Positions 31,185 to 40,009 of a DNA stretch of 64,000 bases are shown one piece after another (the stretch's first letter is position 1; each line of letters opens with the position of its first letter). The notes under the pieces are model-generated. The model was not told where the DNA came from and did no database searches. It was given only the letters and a program-made list of their open reading frames with translations. A program made the translations under genes and the position numbers. This DNA is from Candidatus Binatia bacterium (GTDB lineage: Bacteria > Desulfobacterota > Binatia > UBA9968 > CAXXLF01). The stretch spans positions 448,001 through 512,000 of the forward strand of contig CAXXLF010000002.1 in assembly GCA_963664015.2 (NCBI GenBank), given 5' to 3'.

Positions 31185-32660
31185 CTAGCTCTGAAAGACC
31201 AGGGACTTGATCACTACGGGAACAGCGCCGGAGGATTCGATAAAGGCGCCAATGTCAATGTAGTCGAACTCGCGGAGGTCGATACCGTCGATGGACAGTA
31301 CTGGGTTTTCAAGCGCCATCTCTTCCTTGAGATGGATACCCAGGACTCCTCCGATATCACCGTCGCTCACCAGTACGAGAGGGTGGCCATTGGCCAGGAT
31401 CTTCTGCAAGGCCCCCTGCAAGCCGGAGCAGAAGGCCTGCAATCGGGTAAAGGTCGCCGAGCCCCCCCAGTGAAAGGCCACCGCAACCGGTTGGCGGGCG
31501 TCGAGAAGGTCCATGCGGATCAACGCAGCTTCGGTGGCCCGCGTGACCTCGGCCTCGACGATCTCTTCTCCTTCAAGGGCGAACTCAGGCGTCACAACCG
31601 GAAGGCTCCGGATCGGCAAGATGTCCTGAGGGTCGATAAAGATTGTACTACCGCTCACCTGAACCGTGTACTGGGACGCCCCAATGGCTGTAGCACGGAT
31701 TCGGGCCTCCGGTTTGATGAGTGGAATACCCAACCGTTTAACACGCTTCCGCACTTCCACTGCCAGTAAGGAACCCATATCGCCGTAACTCACCTGGTCC
31801 TGACCGTAGATAAATTCGGAAACGCCCCCCGAAAAGCTCACCGATTTCACTCGGCCCTGCAAGGATAAAGGAGGAAGGCGCAGGAGCGATTGTGTCTCAG
31901 GCGACAGATCACCCGGAGCAATGACCTCGAATAACCGGTCAGCCATAGTGGTGCCCATTCTTTTAAGGTCGTTCTCTCCGACCTTCTGGCCCAGTTTCAG
32001 CTCAAGCCCCACCGCCGCCCCATGCTTCCTCCCCGCCTCCTCGATGCGGGTCAACGTCCCGTCTTTGTCAAATGCCACAAGGCGCGCCCCCACATCGATG
32101 GCCGTAACCTCGGCCACCCGCCCCTCGGTGCATACAGCCAGCTTGCTCGTCCCACCGCCGATATCGATGTTTAAGGTCATTTCGGTGGAATCCGTCGACC
32201 GACCTACGGCACCGGATCCATGGGCGGCCATGGTCGCCTCCAATCCGTCACCGGCGCTCACCGAGACGAAGCGTCCCGCCTCTTTCGCAAAAAGCTCGGC
32301 GATGGCGCGGGCGTTGCGCCGCCGCAACGCAACGCCAGTTAAAATTAATGCGCCGGTGTCTACCTCTTCCCGTTTTATACCCGCCCGCTGGTACTGCCGG
32401 TTGATGAAGTCTCCCAAAACCTCCACATCAATCCGGGTCTCATCCACATAGGGGGTAAGTAGGATCTCGGATTCATTCAGTACGGTGCGCCGAACGACAA
32501 CGTACCGGGTGTTCTGTTGCTCCAGTTCGAGGCGGGAAAAAATGAGATGGGTGGTTGATGAGCCAATGTCGACTCCGACGCTGGTAAGCTGGATCTCCTC
32601 CTCGTCGACGATATGCCGTGAGGCACCAGTGAAATCCAGCTGCTGCTTCTTCGCTTCCAT
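31185..32660 (-). CDS. EutA-like (ethanolamine ammonia-lyase reactivase family) actin/ASKHA-fold ATPase
   Basis: SVGVDIGSSTT, TGALILTG, FVSVSAG..LE...A..GSGA, NIDIGGGTS, FSGGV, IRAT.IGA and VPVVIKSL. Confidence 0.88.
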   Translation of the reverse strand: MEAKKQQLDFTGASRHIVDEEEIQLTSVGVDIGSSTTHLIFSRLELEQQNTRYVVVRRTVLNESEILLTPYVDETRIDVEVLGDFINRQYQRAGIKREEVDTGALILTGVALRRRNARAIAELFAKEAGRFVSVSAGDGLEATMAAHGSGAVGRSTDSTEMTLNIDIGGGTSKLAVCTEGRVAEVTAIDVGARLVAFDKDGTLTRIEEAGRKHGAAVGLELKLGQKVGENDLKRMGTTMADRLFEVIAPGDLSPETQSLLRLPPLSLQGRVKSVSFSGGVSEFIYGQDQVSYGDMGSLLAVEVRKRVKRLGIPLIKPEARIRATAIGASQYTVQVSGSTIFIDPQDILPIRSLPVVTPEFALEGEEIVEAEVTRATEAALIRMDLLDARQPVAVAFHWGGSATFTRLQAFCSGLQGALQKILANGHPLVLVSDGDIGGVLGIHLKEEMALENPVLSIDGIDLREFDYIDIGAFIESSGAVPVVIKSLVFQS

Positions 32661-32672
32661 GTTCTACTTAAT

Positions 32673-32866
32673 ATGAAGCCACCACGGGCTTACGCCCTTA
32701 GTGCGCTTCCTCTCTTCGGCGGAATCCGCCGAAGCACCATCCTTGCCTACTCCGCCGAATCCGCCGTCTCGGCTGCGAAAACCGGGTGTTCTTCGAGCTT
32801 CGGCGGGTCCGTCCACCGCATTCACCCATGGGCTAACGCCCATGGTCTTCCGCGAAGGCGGATAAA
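32673..32866 (+). mobile_element. Long copy of a hairpin-ended miniature element (IS200/IS605-like MITE or REP-like)
   Basis: Starts ATGAAGCC and ends GAAGGCGGATAAA; terminal hairpins ccacgggcttacgccc and ccatgggctaacgcccatgg; alignable by eye to 63793-63944. Confidence 0.75.
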
Positions 32867-32887
32867 GAGAAGTTGGTGCCGGGGCTG

Positions 32888-34075
32888 CTACTTATAGATA
32901 GAATCAACCATCCTGGAAGGGACGCCTTCTCGTTTCAGGGTCTCCTCAAATTCCTTACGCAGATAAGGATCTTCGTCCCTGTAGGGAATGGCGGTGCCTC
33001 CCTCTTTGATCTCGATGGCACCGTAGTCGATGGCTTCTTCGCCCGGGCGGCCGGCCTCGCGCCCCGGGGCGTTGGGACCGAACCATGCCATCAAACGGAA
33101 GGGCTCACGACTGATGCCGAAGTGCTGATGGTACCAATGCCCGCCCATGGGCGCTGCGCTCACCATGCCCACAGGTTCGTAGTCCTGCCGCCTAACTTGA
33201 TCGGCCTTACCATCCTTCCACGGCGTTGTCCCCAGGGGGCTGGGCCAGGTGTAGGTGTAGCCCTTCCCTTTAATACAGATTAGCACGGCCGCGGATCCAT
33301 GGGCGTGGGCCTTTGAATAGCGGCCGATTTCATGCTGCCCGATCCACATGTAGAACTTGTTCCCCGTCATGTGCGGCTCGATGCGCCGGTAGCCAGGTGA
33401 GCGGCGGTTGTCCAGAGGTAGTTCACAATCGACCACATCGGGCATGATGTTGGTCTGCCGCATGGCCAGACCGCGCACTGGATCGGGCTCGATCTCTTCC
33501 TGAGGCTTGTAGTAATCCTCGCGCCCGTCATAGCGGTCCGTGAAATCATAAGGACAGTTGAAGATAAAGTTCGTATTCATGAACAGGTTCATGGCGTTGG
33601 GGGCTGTCGTTCCCGCCAGCAGCAGTGCCGGGCTGGAAGCCGCATTGATCAACCGATGGGAGGCGTTCATTGGGATGGAGAAGAGCGAACCGACCTGCCA
33701 CTCGAAGGTGTGCTTTTTGCCATTGCCCTCCTTCCAAACTTCGGTTGTTCCGCGACCCTCAACGACAAAGTACTGTTCTTCGTAAAGATGGCGCTCTACG
33801 TTCAGGGCGCCGGCGCCAGGCACCTCGACCACATAGCAGCCCCACAGCCCTTCGGTTCCAAAGAGTTGGATGAAGGTCCCCTTTCCACCCATCCGCTTCC
33901 AGGGCTTCAACGGCAAATCCTGAACCTTGCTCACCCCAATGTCCCGATAGATGGGGATGCCCTGTTCTTCCATATAGGTGTCATAGGGGGAGTTCGGCCG
34001 GCCCCATTTTCCGTAGCCCGCCTTTTCCACTTCACCGCTGGGTTCGTGCCAATCCTTTATCGGCTCAGTCGCCAT
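32888..34075 (-). CDS. Bicupin protein (two cupin domains)
   Basis: ERHLYEE.YFVVEGRG...W..GSLFSIP.N..H and KAHAH..AAV...KGKGY...W.HQHF; GGAGG RBS. Confidence 0.85.
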   Translation of the reverse strand: MATEPIKDWHEPSGEVEKAGYGKWGRPNSPYDTYMEEQGIPIYRDIGVSKVQDLPLKPWKRMGGKGTFIQLFGTEGLWGCYVVEVPGAGALNVERHLYEEQYFVVEGRGTTEVWKEGNGKKHTFEWQVGSLFSIPMNASHRLINAASSPALLLAGTTAPNAMNLFMNTNFIFNCPYDFTDRYDGREDYYKPQEEIEPDPVRGLAMRQTNIMPDVVDCELPLDNRRSPGYRRIEPHMTGNKFYMWIGQHEIGRYSKAHAHGSAAVLICIKGKGYTYTWPSPLGTTPWKDGKADQVRRQDYEPVGMVSAAPMGGHWYHQHFGISREPFRLMAWFGPNAPGREAGRPGEEAIDYGAIEIKEGGTAIPYRDEDPYLRKEFEETLKREGVPSRMVDSIYK

Positions 34076-34108
34076 AACGCCTCCGTAAATTAATGAAGCC
34101 TTTTTCCA

Positions 34109-34651
34109 CTATTGTATTTCCTCGTCGTTCTCTTCTTTTCGCCCCTCCTCCATCACCTCTTCCATAATCGACTGGTGTTTCTTTTGCGTTTCTTCCACCA
34201 TGGCCTGGCGCTGGCGGGCGAACTCTTCGCTCTCAAAAGTCGTCTTGACTTCGTGCTGCAGGCTTTGAACGAAGCCCTCCATGTCATTTTTGAGGATTTT
34301 GCCCCACCCTCCCCGAATGTTTAACGCCTGGGGCCTATCTGGATCGGTAAAATTGTAGACATAGCACCAGTCCTCAGGTACGACCGAGTTCTCTTCCGGG
34401 TGAGTCATTTCAGCAGTCACCTTTTTCAGAAAGGACTTGATAATGGTCGTCTTACCGGTCCCCGTTAGCCCGGTCACAAGGATATTGAATCCCAATTTAT
34501 TGACTCCAAGACCGAATTCTATGGCACGGATAGCCCTCTCCTGGCCGATGAAATCGGCCAGCGGCGTCATTTCCGAGGTACACCCATACGGCAGCACCGA
34601 AGGGTCACAGCGCCACCGAAGTTTTTCCGGTGGGACAGCAAAGGACGCCAT
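34109..34651 (-). pseudogene. N-terminal fragment of a Lon-like AAA ATP-dependent protease
   Basis: LRWRCDP, FIGQERAIRAIEFGL, GLTGTGKT and DWCYVYNF..P..P; ends abruptly at 180 aa. Confidence 0.8.
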
Positions 34652-34929
34652 TAATAAGCCTCCTGAAGATGAAGATAAGTAATTTGATTCATCTTAAAAA
34701 TACACTTAGAGATGGTACTGAGGTGCGAATCCACGACTCTCTAACCAACCGAATGTGCACTAGGGCCAAGCTCAACTAAATACTCCCGCTTCATAGAGAT
34801 TACAAGGAGATGCAAAGGTATTTCAGCTTCTTCAACAGGGTCCGAGCCTACCTGGAGCGCGTAAAGTGAACCCGATAAACAAGTAATTTGCATAGCCTTT
34901 GGAAGCGACCAGAAACAGATACCCCTCAC

Positions 34930-35944
34930 TTAGAAGAACTTCTCGTGAGGGATATGGTTCGCACTCATCCCTTTGCTCAACAAGAGCGCCTGGACATCAT
35001 CGACCATAGGGCGCCCACCACACAGATACGCCTCGGTGCGACTCGCCTCTTTGTCAGTTACCCGCTCTCGAATCAAGTCCGTCACCCGGCCGCGAGCCCC
35101 GTCCCAACCCTTGAGATCGGGCTGAGAGAGTATAATCGGAGGCTCAAACAAGGGATGGGCAGCTGCCAACCTGCGCAGCAAGTCCTGATAAAACAGGTCT
35201 AAAACGTTACGTAATCCGAAGAATAACCGTATGCAGCGGGAGTTCCTTGGTTGCAGCAAATGAAGCAACATGGATTTGATCGGGGACCTGCCTGTGCCGG
35301 TGGCCAATAAGGATCTCCCTGTCGGATTTCTCTTCCAAGCAGATCTCGCCATAGGGACCCTCTACCTGGATCGATTCTCCCGGACGCAGCCGGTGTATAT
35401 AGTTGGAACAAAAGCCGCCGGATACGGCACGCACGCAGATCTCGAAGTGATCCTTATCAGAAGGCGAGGATGAGATGGAATAGGAACGGCGCACGACCTG
35501 GTCGATACCGGGGACCCGGAAGATCATGTACTGCCCCGGGTGAAACTTCAGGCCACCACCTTCCAGGGCGAATCGTTGCTCGCATACCGTCAGCGTAAGC
35601 TGCCGGTACACCTCGATCCTGGCATTGACGACCTCAAGCTCGGCGCGATCCTCAGACCTATGAGCGGACCCGCCAAAGGTAAGGTCTCCATGGGCGTCAG
35701 CAAGACAGATGAGACGATAGCACCCGGGGTCGAAAATATTTTATTCCAGGGTACGGGTCTCGCGAGCCCTAGGATCGCCCATAGACTCCCGACCTTCAAG
35801 AACTTCCGTTGCACAGGTTCCGCAAGCACCCGCCTTGCAGGTAAAGGGGATTGATGCCCTAGCGTCCTGGCATACACCGTAAAGCCAATCCCCTTCTTCA
35901 ACCTCGAACGTGATCCGGTCTTTTTTAAAAGTTATCCGAGGCAC
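34930..35944 (-). pseudogene. 2Fe-2S ferredoxin fused to an FAD/NAD-binding reductase; in-frame TAA and one frameshift
   Basis: CKAGACGTC and RL.C; F.PGQY, RSYSISS and GPYG; ATGTG.SP, YLCG and EKF; TAA at 35741-35743, frameshift near 35310. Confidence 0.85.
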
Positions 35945-36067
35945 GGTCCATCCCTCCCTAGAATCACTGTGTATACCAGTTGACCTTTGAAGAAAAGAAC
36001 CCAATTTTCAGGTATGGACTAAAGTGTGCGGGTTGACACCAGGTGTCTGAAGAACAGAGGTGTATAA

Positions 36068-36544
36068 CTAATCTGTTCCGTTCTTTAGAACATTCGGCAC
36101 GGTTTTCAGAGGCTTTGATTCCGTCGGGGCGTCTTTCTTGTTTCTCTGATTGGGATCCAGATGGTAGACCTTGGCTTTTGGGCGCTCCTGATCCCGTTTC
36201 CATTTCAGCAATCCCTTGCGAAAATATTCCGGATGGATCCCCAAATACTCGCAGATGCTCTCAAAGGAGAAACACCCCTGGCCGTCCTTACCGAAGATCC
36301 ACTCCTCGGTTTCATCGAACAAAGTCTTTTCTCTGGGCCACCTGGATTCTAAGTACTTTTGATAGCAGTTTACCCCGTCCTCCAAAACCGCGAACATAAG
36401 CATCTTCTCCGGCTCCAGGTGCAGTTTTATGCGTTGGGCTTCCTGATATTCTTCCGGAAGCAGGACATCCGGTTGAATTAGGGAAGCCGCTCCTTGATCG
36501 TCGTAACCGACGCGTTTTTTGTTCCCGGGATTTGGAACCGCCAT
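36068..36544 (-). CDS. Conserved hypothetical protein
   Basis: QPDVLLPEEY, PEKMLMFAVLEDG..CYQKY and EEWIF...FSFESICEYLG..P.Y.RKGL pattern; AGGAGG RBS. Confidence 0.7.
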   Translation of the reverse strand: MAVPNPGNKKRVGYDDQGAASLIQPDVLLPEEYQEAQRIKLHLEPEKMLMFAVLEDGVNCYQKYLESRWPREKTLFDETEEWIFGKDGQGCFSFESICEYLGIHPEYFRKGLLKWKRDQERPKAKVYHLDPNQRNKKDAPTESKPLKTVPNVLKNGTD

Positions 36545-36713
36545 TGCAATCCCCTCCTGGGGTTTTAATATGTAAGGGGTATGCCAGGGATTTATCCCCC
36601 TTTCTAATAAGATATATATGAGTTTTTGCCAAGATTGAGAAAACGGGGTGACATCAATTCTCACACCCGGTAACCCGTCACCCCCAATGTGTCGAGAAGT
36701 GGAATCCGTAAAC

Positions 36714-37115
36714 CTATAGTCTGGCGATCAACCCTAGGATCTTTTCTTCGATCTGCCGGCGCACGGCTCGGAACTCCTCCGGACCCAATGTCTTGGGATC
36801 CGGTATCTCCCAATCCTCTCTATGGTCGCTATCGAGCCATGGACAGGCATCGCCACAGCCCATGGAAAGCAGGTAATCGTAGTAGGTTTGTGGAACTTCA
36901 TGGATTGCCTTGGAACGATGAGCCGTTAAATCGTATCCCAATTCACGCATCGACTTGATTGCCTTGGGATTGACGCTCCCGGACGGCCGAGACCCCGCGC
37001 TGTAGGCATCGATCAGGCCCTTGCCATGGATTCGCGCAAAGGCCTCGGCCATCTGACTACGGCAAGAGTTCTCCACACAGACAAACAAAACTCGCCTGGC
37101 TGAACGGTCCATCAA
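36714..37115 (-). CDS. arsC: Arsenate reductase, LMW-PTP type
   Basis: VLFVCVENSCRSQMAE, SAG, GCGDACP and W.IPDP. Confidence 0.92.
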   Translation of the reverse strand: MMDRSARRVLFVCVENSCRSQMAEAFARIHGKGLIDAYSAGSRPSGSVNPKAIKSMRELGYDLTAHRSKAIHEVPQTYYDYLLSMGCGDACPWLDSDHREDWEIPDPKTLGPEEFRAVRRQIEEKILGLIARL

Positions 37116-37814
37116 TCAAGCTCTTCCTGCAAGCTCCTCCTGTGACGGGCGGGCCGCACCACAACATCCGGATTCATGGACACATCGGCATGCCAACACG
37201 GCTAGCCAAGCACCTATCACGGGGGCAAGAAAATAGATCCACAGACTATTCAGATACCCAGCCACAAGGGCGGGGCCCAAGGAACGGGCGGGGTTCATGG
37301 AGGCACCGGAAATCGGACCAGCAAAGAGGGCCTCAAGCGCGACTACGCCACCTACCGCAGCCCCGGTCATGAGCCCTTTTTCTCTCGCGCCGGAAGAGAC
37401 ACATAGGATTACAAACATCAGCAAAAATGTCAGTACGACTTCCAGCACCAATGATTGGAGGAACGAACCCGAGGGCAACGTGGCACCGAGGGTAGGATGC
37501 CCCACAAACAGTACGCGGAGGGTCAAGCTGGCTGCTAAAGCACCCAGGCATTGGCTCAGAATGTACGGAAGAACCTGCCGGCCGGGCAGGCGATGGGCGG
37601 CCCAAAACCCCACCGTGACCGCAGGGTTAATATGCGCACCGGATATATCACCGACCGCGTAGATCATAACCGTCACGATCAGACCGAAAGTGAGGGCAAT
37701 CCCTAGATGGGATACGGCCCCCCCAGTCACGTCGTTGATAACGATCGCTCCGGTGCCGACAAAGACAAGGGCATAAGTTCCAAAAAACTCGGCAGCATAC
37801 TCTTTCAAATTCAA
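37116..37814 (-). CDS. MIP-family aquaporin/aquaglyceroporin, probably an arsenite channel
   Basis: AEFFGT, SGAHINPA and SGASMNPARS; directly upstream of arsC. Confidence 0.92.
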   Translation of the reverse strand: MNLKEYAAEFFGTYALVFVGTGAIVINDVTGGAVSHLGIALTFGLIVTVMIYAVGDISGAHINPAVTVGFWAAHRLPGRQVLPYILSQCLGALAASLTLRVLFVGHPTLGATLPSGSFLQSLVLEVVLTFLLMFVILCVSSGAREKGLMTGAAVGGVVALEALFAGPISGASMNPARSLGPALVAGYLNSLWIYFLAPVIGAWLAVLACRCVHESGCCGAARPSQEELAGRA

Positions 37815-37899
37815 GCCCCCGGATTATTTTCCACAGTTAAAACAATCAAGATGGGTACAAGCTACGATTCGCTTCGGGAAATATTTTACGATACGGAAT

Positions 37900-38080
37900 T
37901 GGGTTCTAACCTGATCGCAACGAATTGGCCGGGGAAGCTTAACCCCGTCTTTTCTTTTGGAAGTATCCCCCGTGGGCAGCTCTAATCCACCAATAAAAGC
38001 CATCTGTTTGCTCCCTAACAGGGCATCTTCACGGTGAAAGCGATATTTGCCGACCACGCTGATATCTCCCACCCCCCGTG
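37900..38080 (-). pseudogene. Internal fragment of an outer-membrane transporter (MetA-pathway/phenol-degradation-like)
   Basis: GDISVVGKYRF...GGLELPTGD motif, with no plausible start or end. Confidence 0.45.
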
Positions 38081-38094
38081 CATCCAGGTGACTC

Positions 38095-38307
38095 TTATTC
38101 GCGAGCCTTCATTCTTTGATCAGATAGGGAACCACCAGTGTAGCTACGGCGTCGGTTGCGAAAAAGAAATAAAATATAATCCAGATAGGGCGTAAGTGCC
38201 ACCAGTCCGATCAAACCAAGGCTCACAACAAGCACCGGAGTAAAACAACAAATGGCAACAACGATGGATCCCCATAGGCTCGTTTTAATGCATTGGTTTT
38301 CGTTCAT
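38095..38307 (-). pseudogene. merF: MerF-like mercury transporter, C-terminally truncated
   Basis: GSIVVAICCFTPVLVV.LG.IGL.AL..YLDYIL; the second TM segment is cut short. Confidence 0.7.
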
Positions 38308-38451
38308 GGCATAGGGCCTTAGCGCGTGTCCGTGTACTAGCATGGAACGGCATTGGGTTATCAGCAATGATTTCTCTTGCCAGGACCATGATCTCACTAT
38401 TCTAATAGTTAGCACTCACTAAGTCATAATTTCATTAGATATGAGTGTAAT

Positions 38452-39456
38452 TTATTTCCAATCTTTGCCTTCACCGCCCGGGCCCCGGATATTTTTACTC
38501 CGACAACCGACAATCCGGCTCTTAACCCCTGCTTGGGAGTTTTTGGGAGAATGGGCCTTTAATTCTTCTTCTTCGCGCATGAAGAGCCGTGCGACCAGGA
38601 AAAGGATCGGAATCAGATACATGTGGCCGCTCACCCACATGATCCCCCCTCCCAATGCCTGGTCATTGATGGGACTCAGGGCCGTCAGCCTGGGCATCGC
38701 TTCGTAGAAAGGATAGAGCACCTTGTTAGGCAAGGAAATAGCCACCCCCAGCAGTGTATTCTGAAGAGTAGCGGCGATGAGATATATGATACGAAAACCA
38801 TAGGAAATTTCCCCGTGAAGTCTTGGTGCCGGGTTCACCACCGGCCACCAGAAAAGAAGGGCCGCGAAGAAATACATAAGGTGCTCGACATCATGGGCCC
38901 ACTCGCTGCGCAAGGCCAATTGGTAAAGCGATGGATGGTGCCATGCCCACAGGTTGACAACATAAACAATCCAGGCCACGGGCAAGAGAGTCAGGGCCCA
39001 AAGCAGGCGGCGAAAGAGAGATAAGGGGCTCAACAATCGGCAAAATGGTTTTCGCCACTTAACTGGAAGCCCCCACAAAAATCCTGCCAATGGGTTAGCC
39101 AAAAGGAAAACCAAAGGCGCAATCATCAGCAAAAGCAGATGTTGAACCATATGCATGCTGAGATTCGTCGCCGCCAGCGCGTCGATGGGAGAGATTACGG
39201 CAGCAATAATCACCCCTAAGGCAACCCAATAAAGAGCGATCTGCCAATGAGATACGGCGCGGGTTGAACGCCGCCGGAGCCTTAGCCACCCCCGGGTATA
39301 GACGGTGCCAAAAAGAGCCAGGACAAAAAGAACATCCGGACGCCAATGCCAGTCTGCAGAAGGGTTGCTCTCTGTTGGAACATGGCCGTAACTATACCCT
39401 GCAAAGGTCAACGCCACGAATACAGAGAAAACAATTGGGGTTAACTTAGTGCCCAT
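38452..39456 (-). CDS. ctaG: Cytochrome c oxidase assembly factor CtaG (caa3 type)
   Basis: SPID, SMHMVQHLLL..IAP, WAWHHP.LY, H..EH, FWWP and DQ.LGG.IMW. Confidence 0.85.
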   Translation of the reverse strand: MGTKLTPIVFSVFVALTFAGYSYGHVPTESNPSADWHWRPDVLFVLALFGTVYTRGWLRLRRRSTRAVSHWQIALYWVALGVIIAAVISPIDALAATNLSMHMVQHLLLLMIAPLVFLLANPLAGFLWGLPVKWRKPFCRLLSPLSLFRRLLWALTLLPVAWIVYVVNLWAWHHPSLYQLALRSEWAHDVEHLMYFFAALLFWWPVVNPAPRLHGEISYGFRIIYLIAATLQNTLLGVAISLPNKVLYPFYEAMPRLTALSPINDQALGGGIMWVSGHMYLIPILFLVARLFMREEEELKAHSPKNSQAGVKSRIVGCRSKNIRGPGGEGKDWK

Positions 39457-39815
39457 AATGCAATGATCCATGGGGGGATGAAGGCAGCGACCCCCAGAAG
39501 CCAGAGGGTCATCCAACGGGGAGCGATATCCCTGGCCTGAAGACGCCGGTGAAAAAAGTCTGTAAAGATCACCCCCAAAAGAGCAGTGGCTGATGAAAAA
39601 AGGACTGAGCGAGGTAAAGGCGTATCGATGACCTCAAGTGGCAATTGGCCTAGTATTGCCAGAATACCCACAAGCCAGGCGGGAGCCAGGGCAGCTAGCC
39701 CCAGAAGCCAGGAATACGCTACCACCAGGCGATCTTCTCTTCTCTTCAAATAAGCCAGGGCACCCACTGTGCCAAAGACCCCAAGGACCCCGATCAACAC
39801 GGACCAATAAATCAC
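39441..39815 (-). CDS. Hypothetical four-TM membrane protein
   Basis: Hydrophobic 124-aa ORF with a GGAGG RBS, overlapping the ctaG start. Confidence 0.6.
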   Translation of the reverse strand: MIYWSVLIGVLGVFGTVGALAYLKRREDRLVVAYSWLLGLAALAPAWLVGILAILGQLPLEVIDTPLPRSVLFSSATALLGVIFTDFFHRRLQARDIAPRWMTLWLLGVAAFIPPWIIALWALS

Positions 39816-40009
39816 GTTCCCTCCGAGCTATTTATCTGACCCTATCAAAACCGATTCACAAAATCAGGCCAGTACACGGAACAAGAACAGGCCAGATAAA
39901 TGGCAGTTCATAATAGGCAATTAAAATCGTTGAATTTCGAGTCATACTTAAAAAGTTAGACTAAAGACAAGGGGAACCGAACAAGAGGTATTCCTCAGCG
40001 GTATGCCTT

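Noticed and set aside
32673-32897. 74-aa ORF MKPPRAYAL..., and the similar ORF at 63747-63971
   Set aside because: These are translations of the palindromic repeat element, not credible proteins
38409-38435. CIRCE half-site TTAGCACTC
   Set aside because: No matching second arm and no chaperone gene nearby
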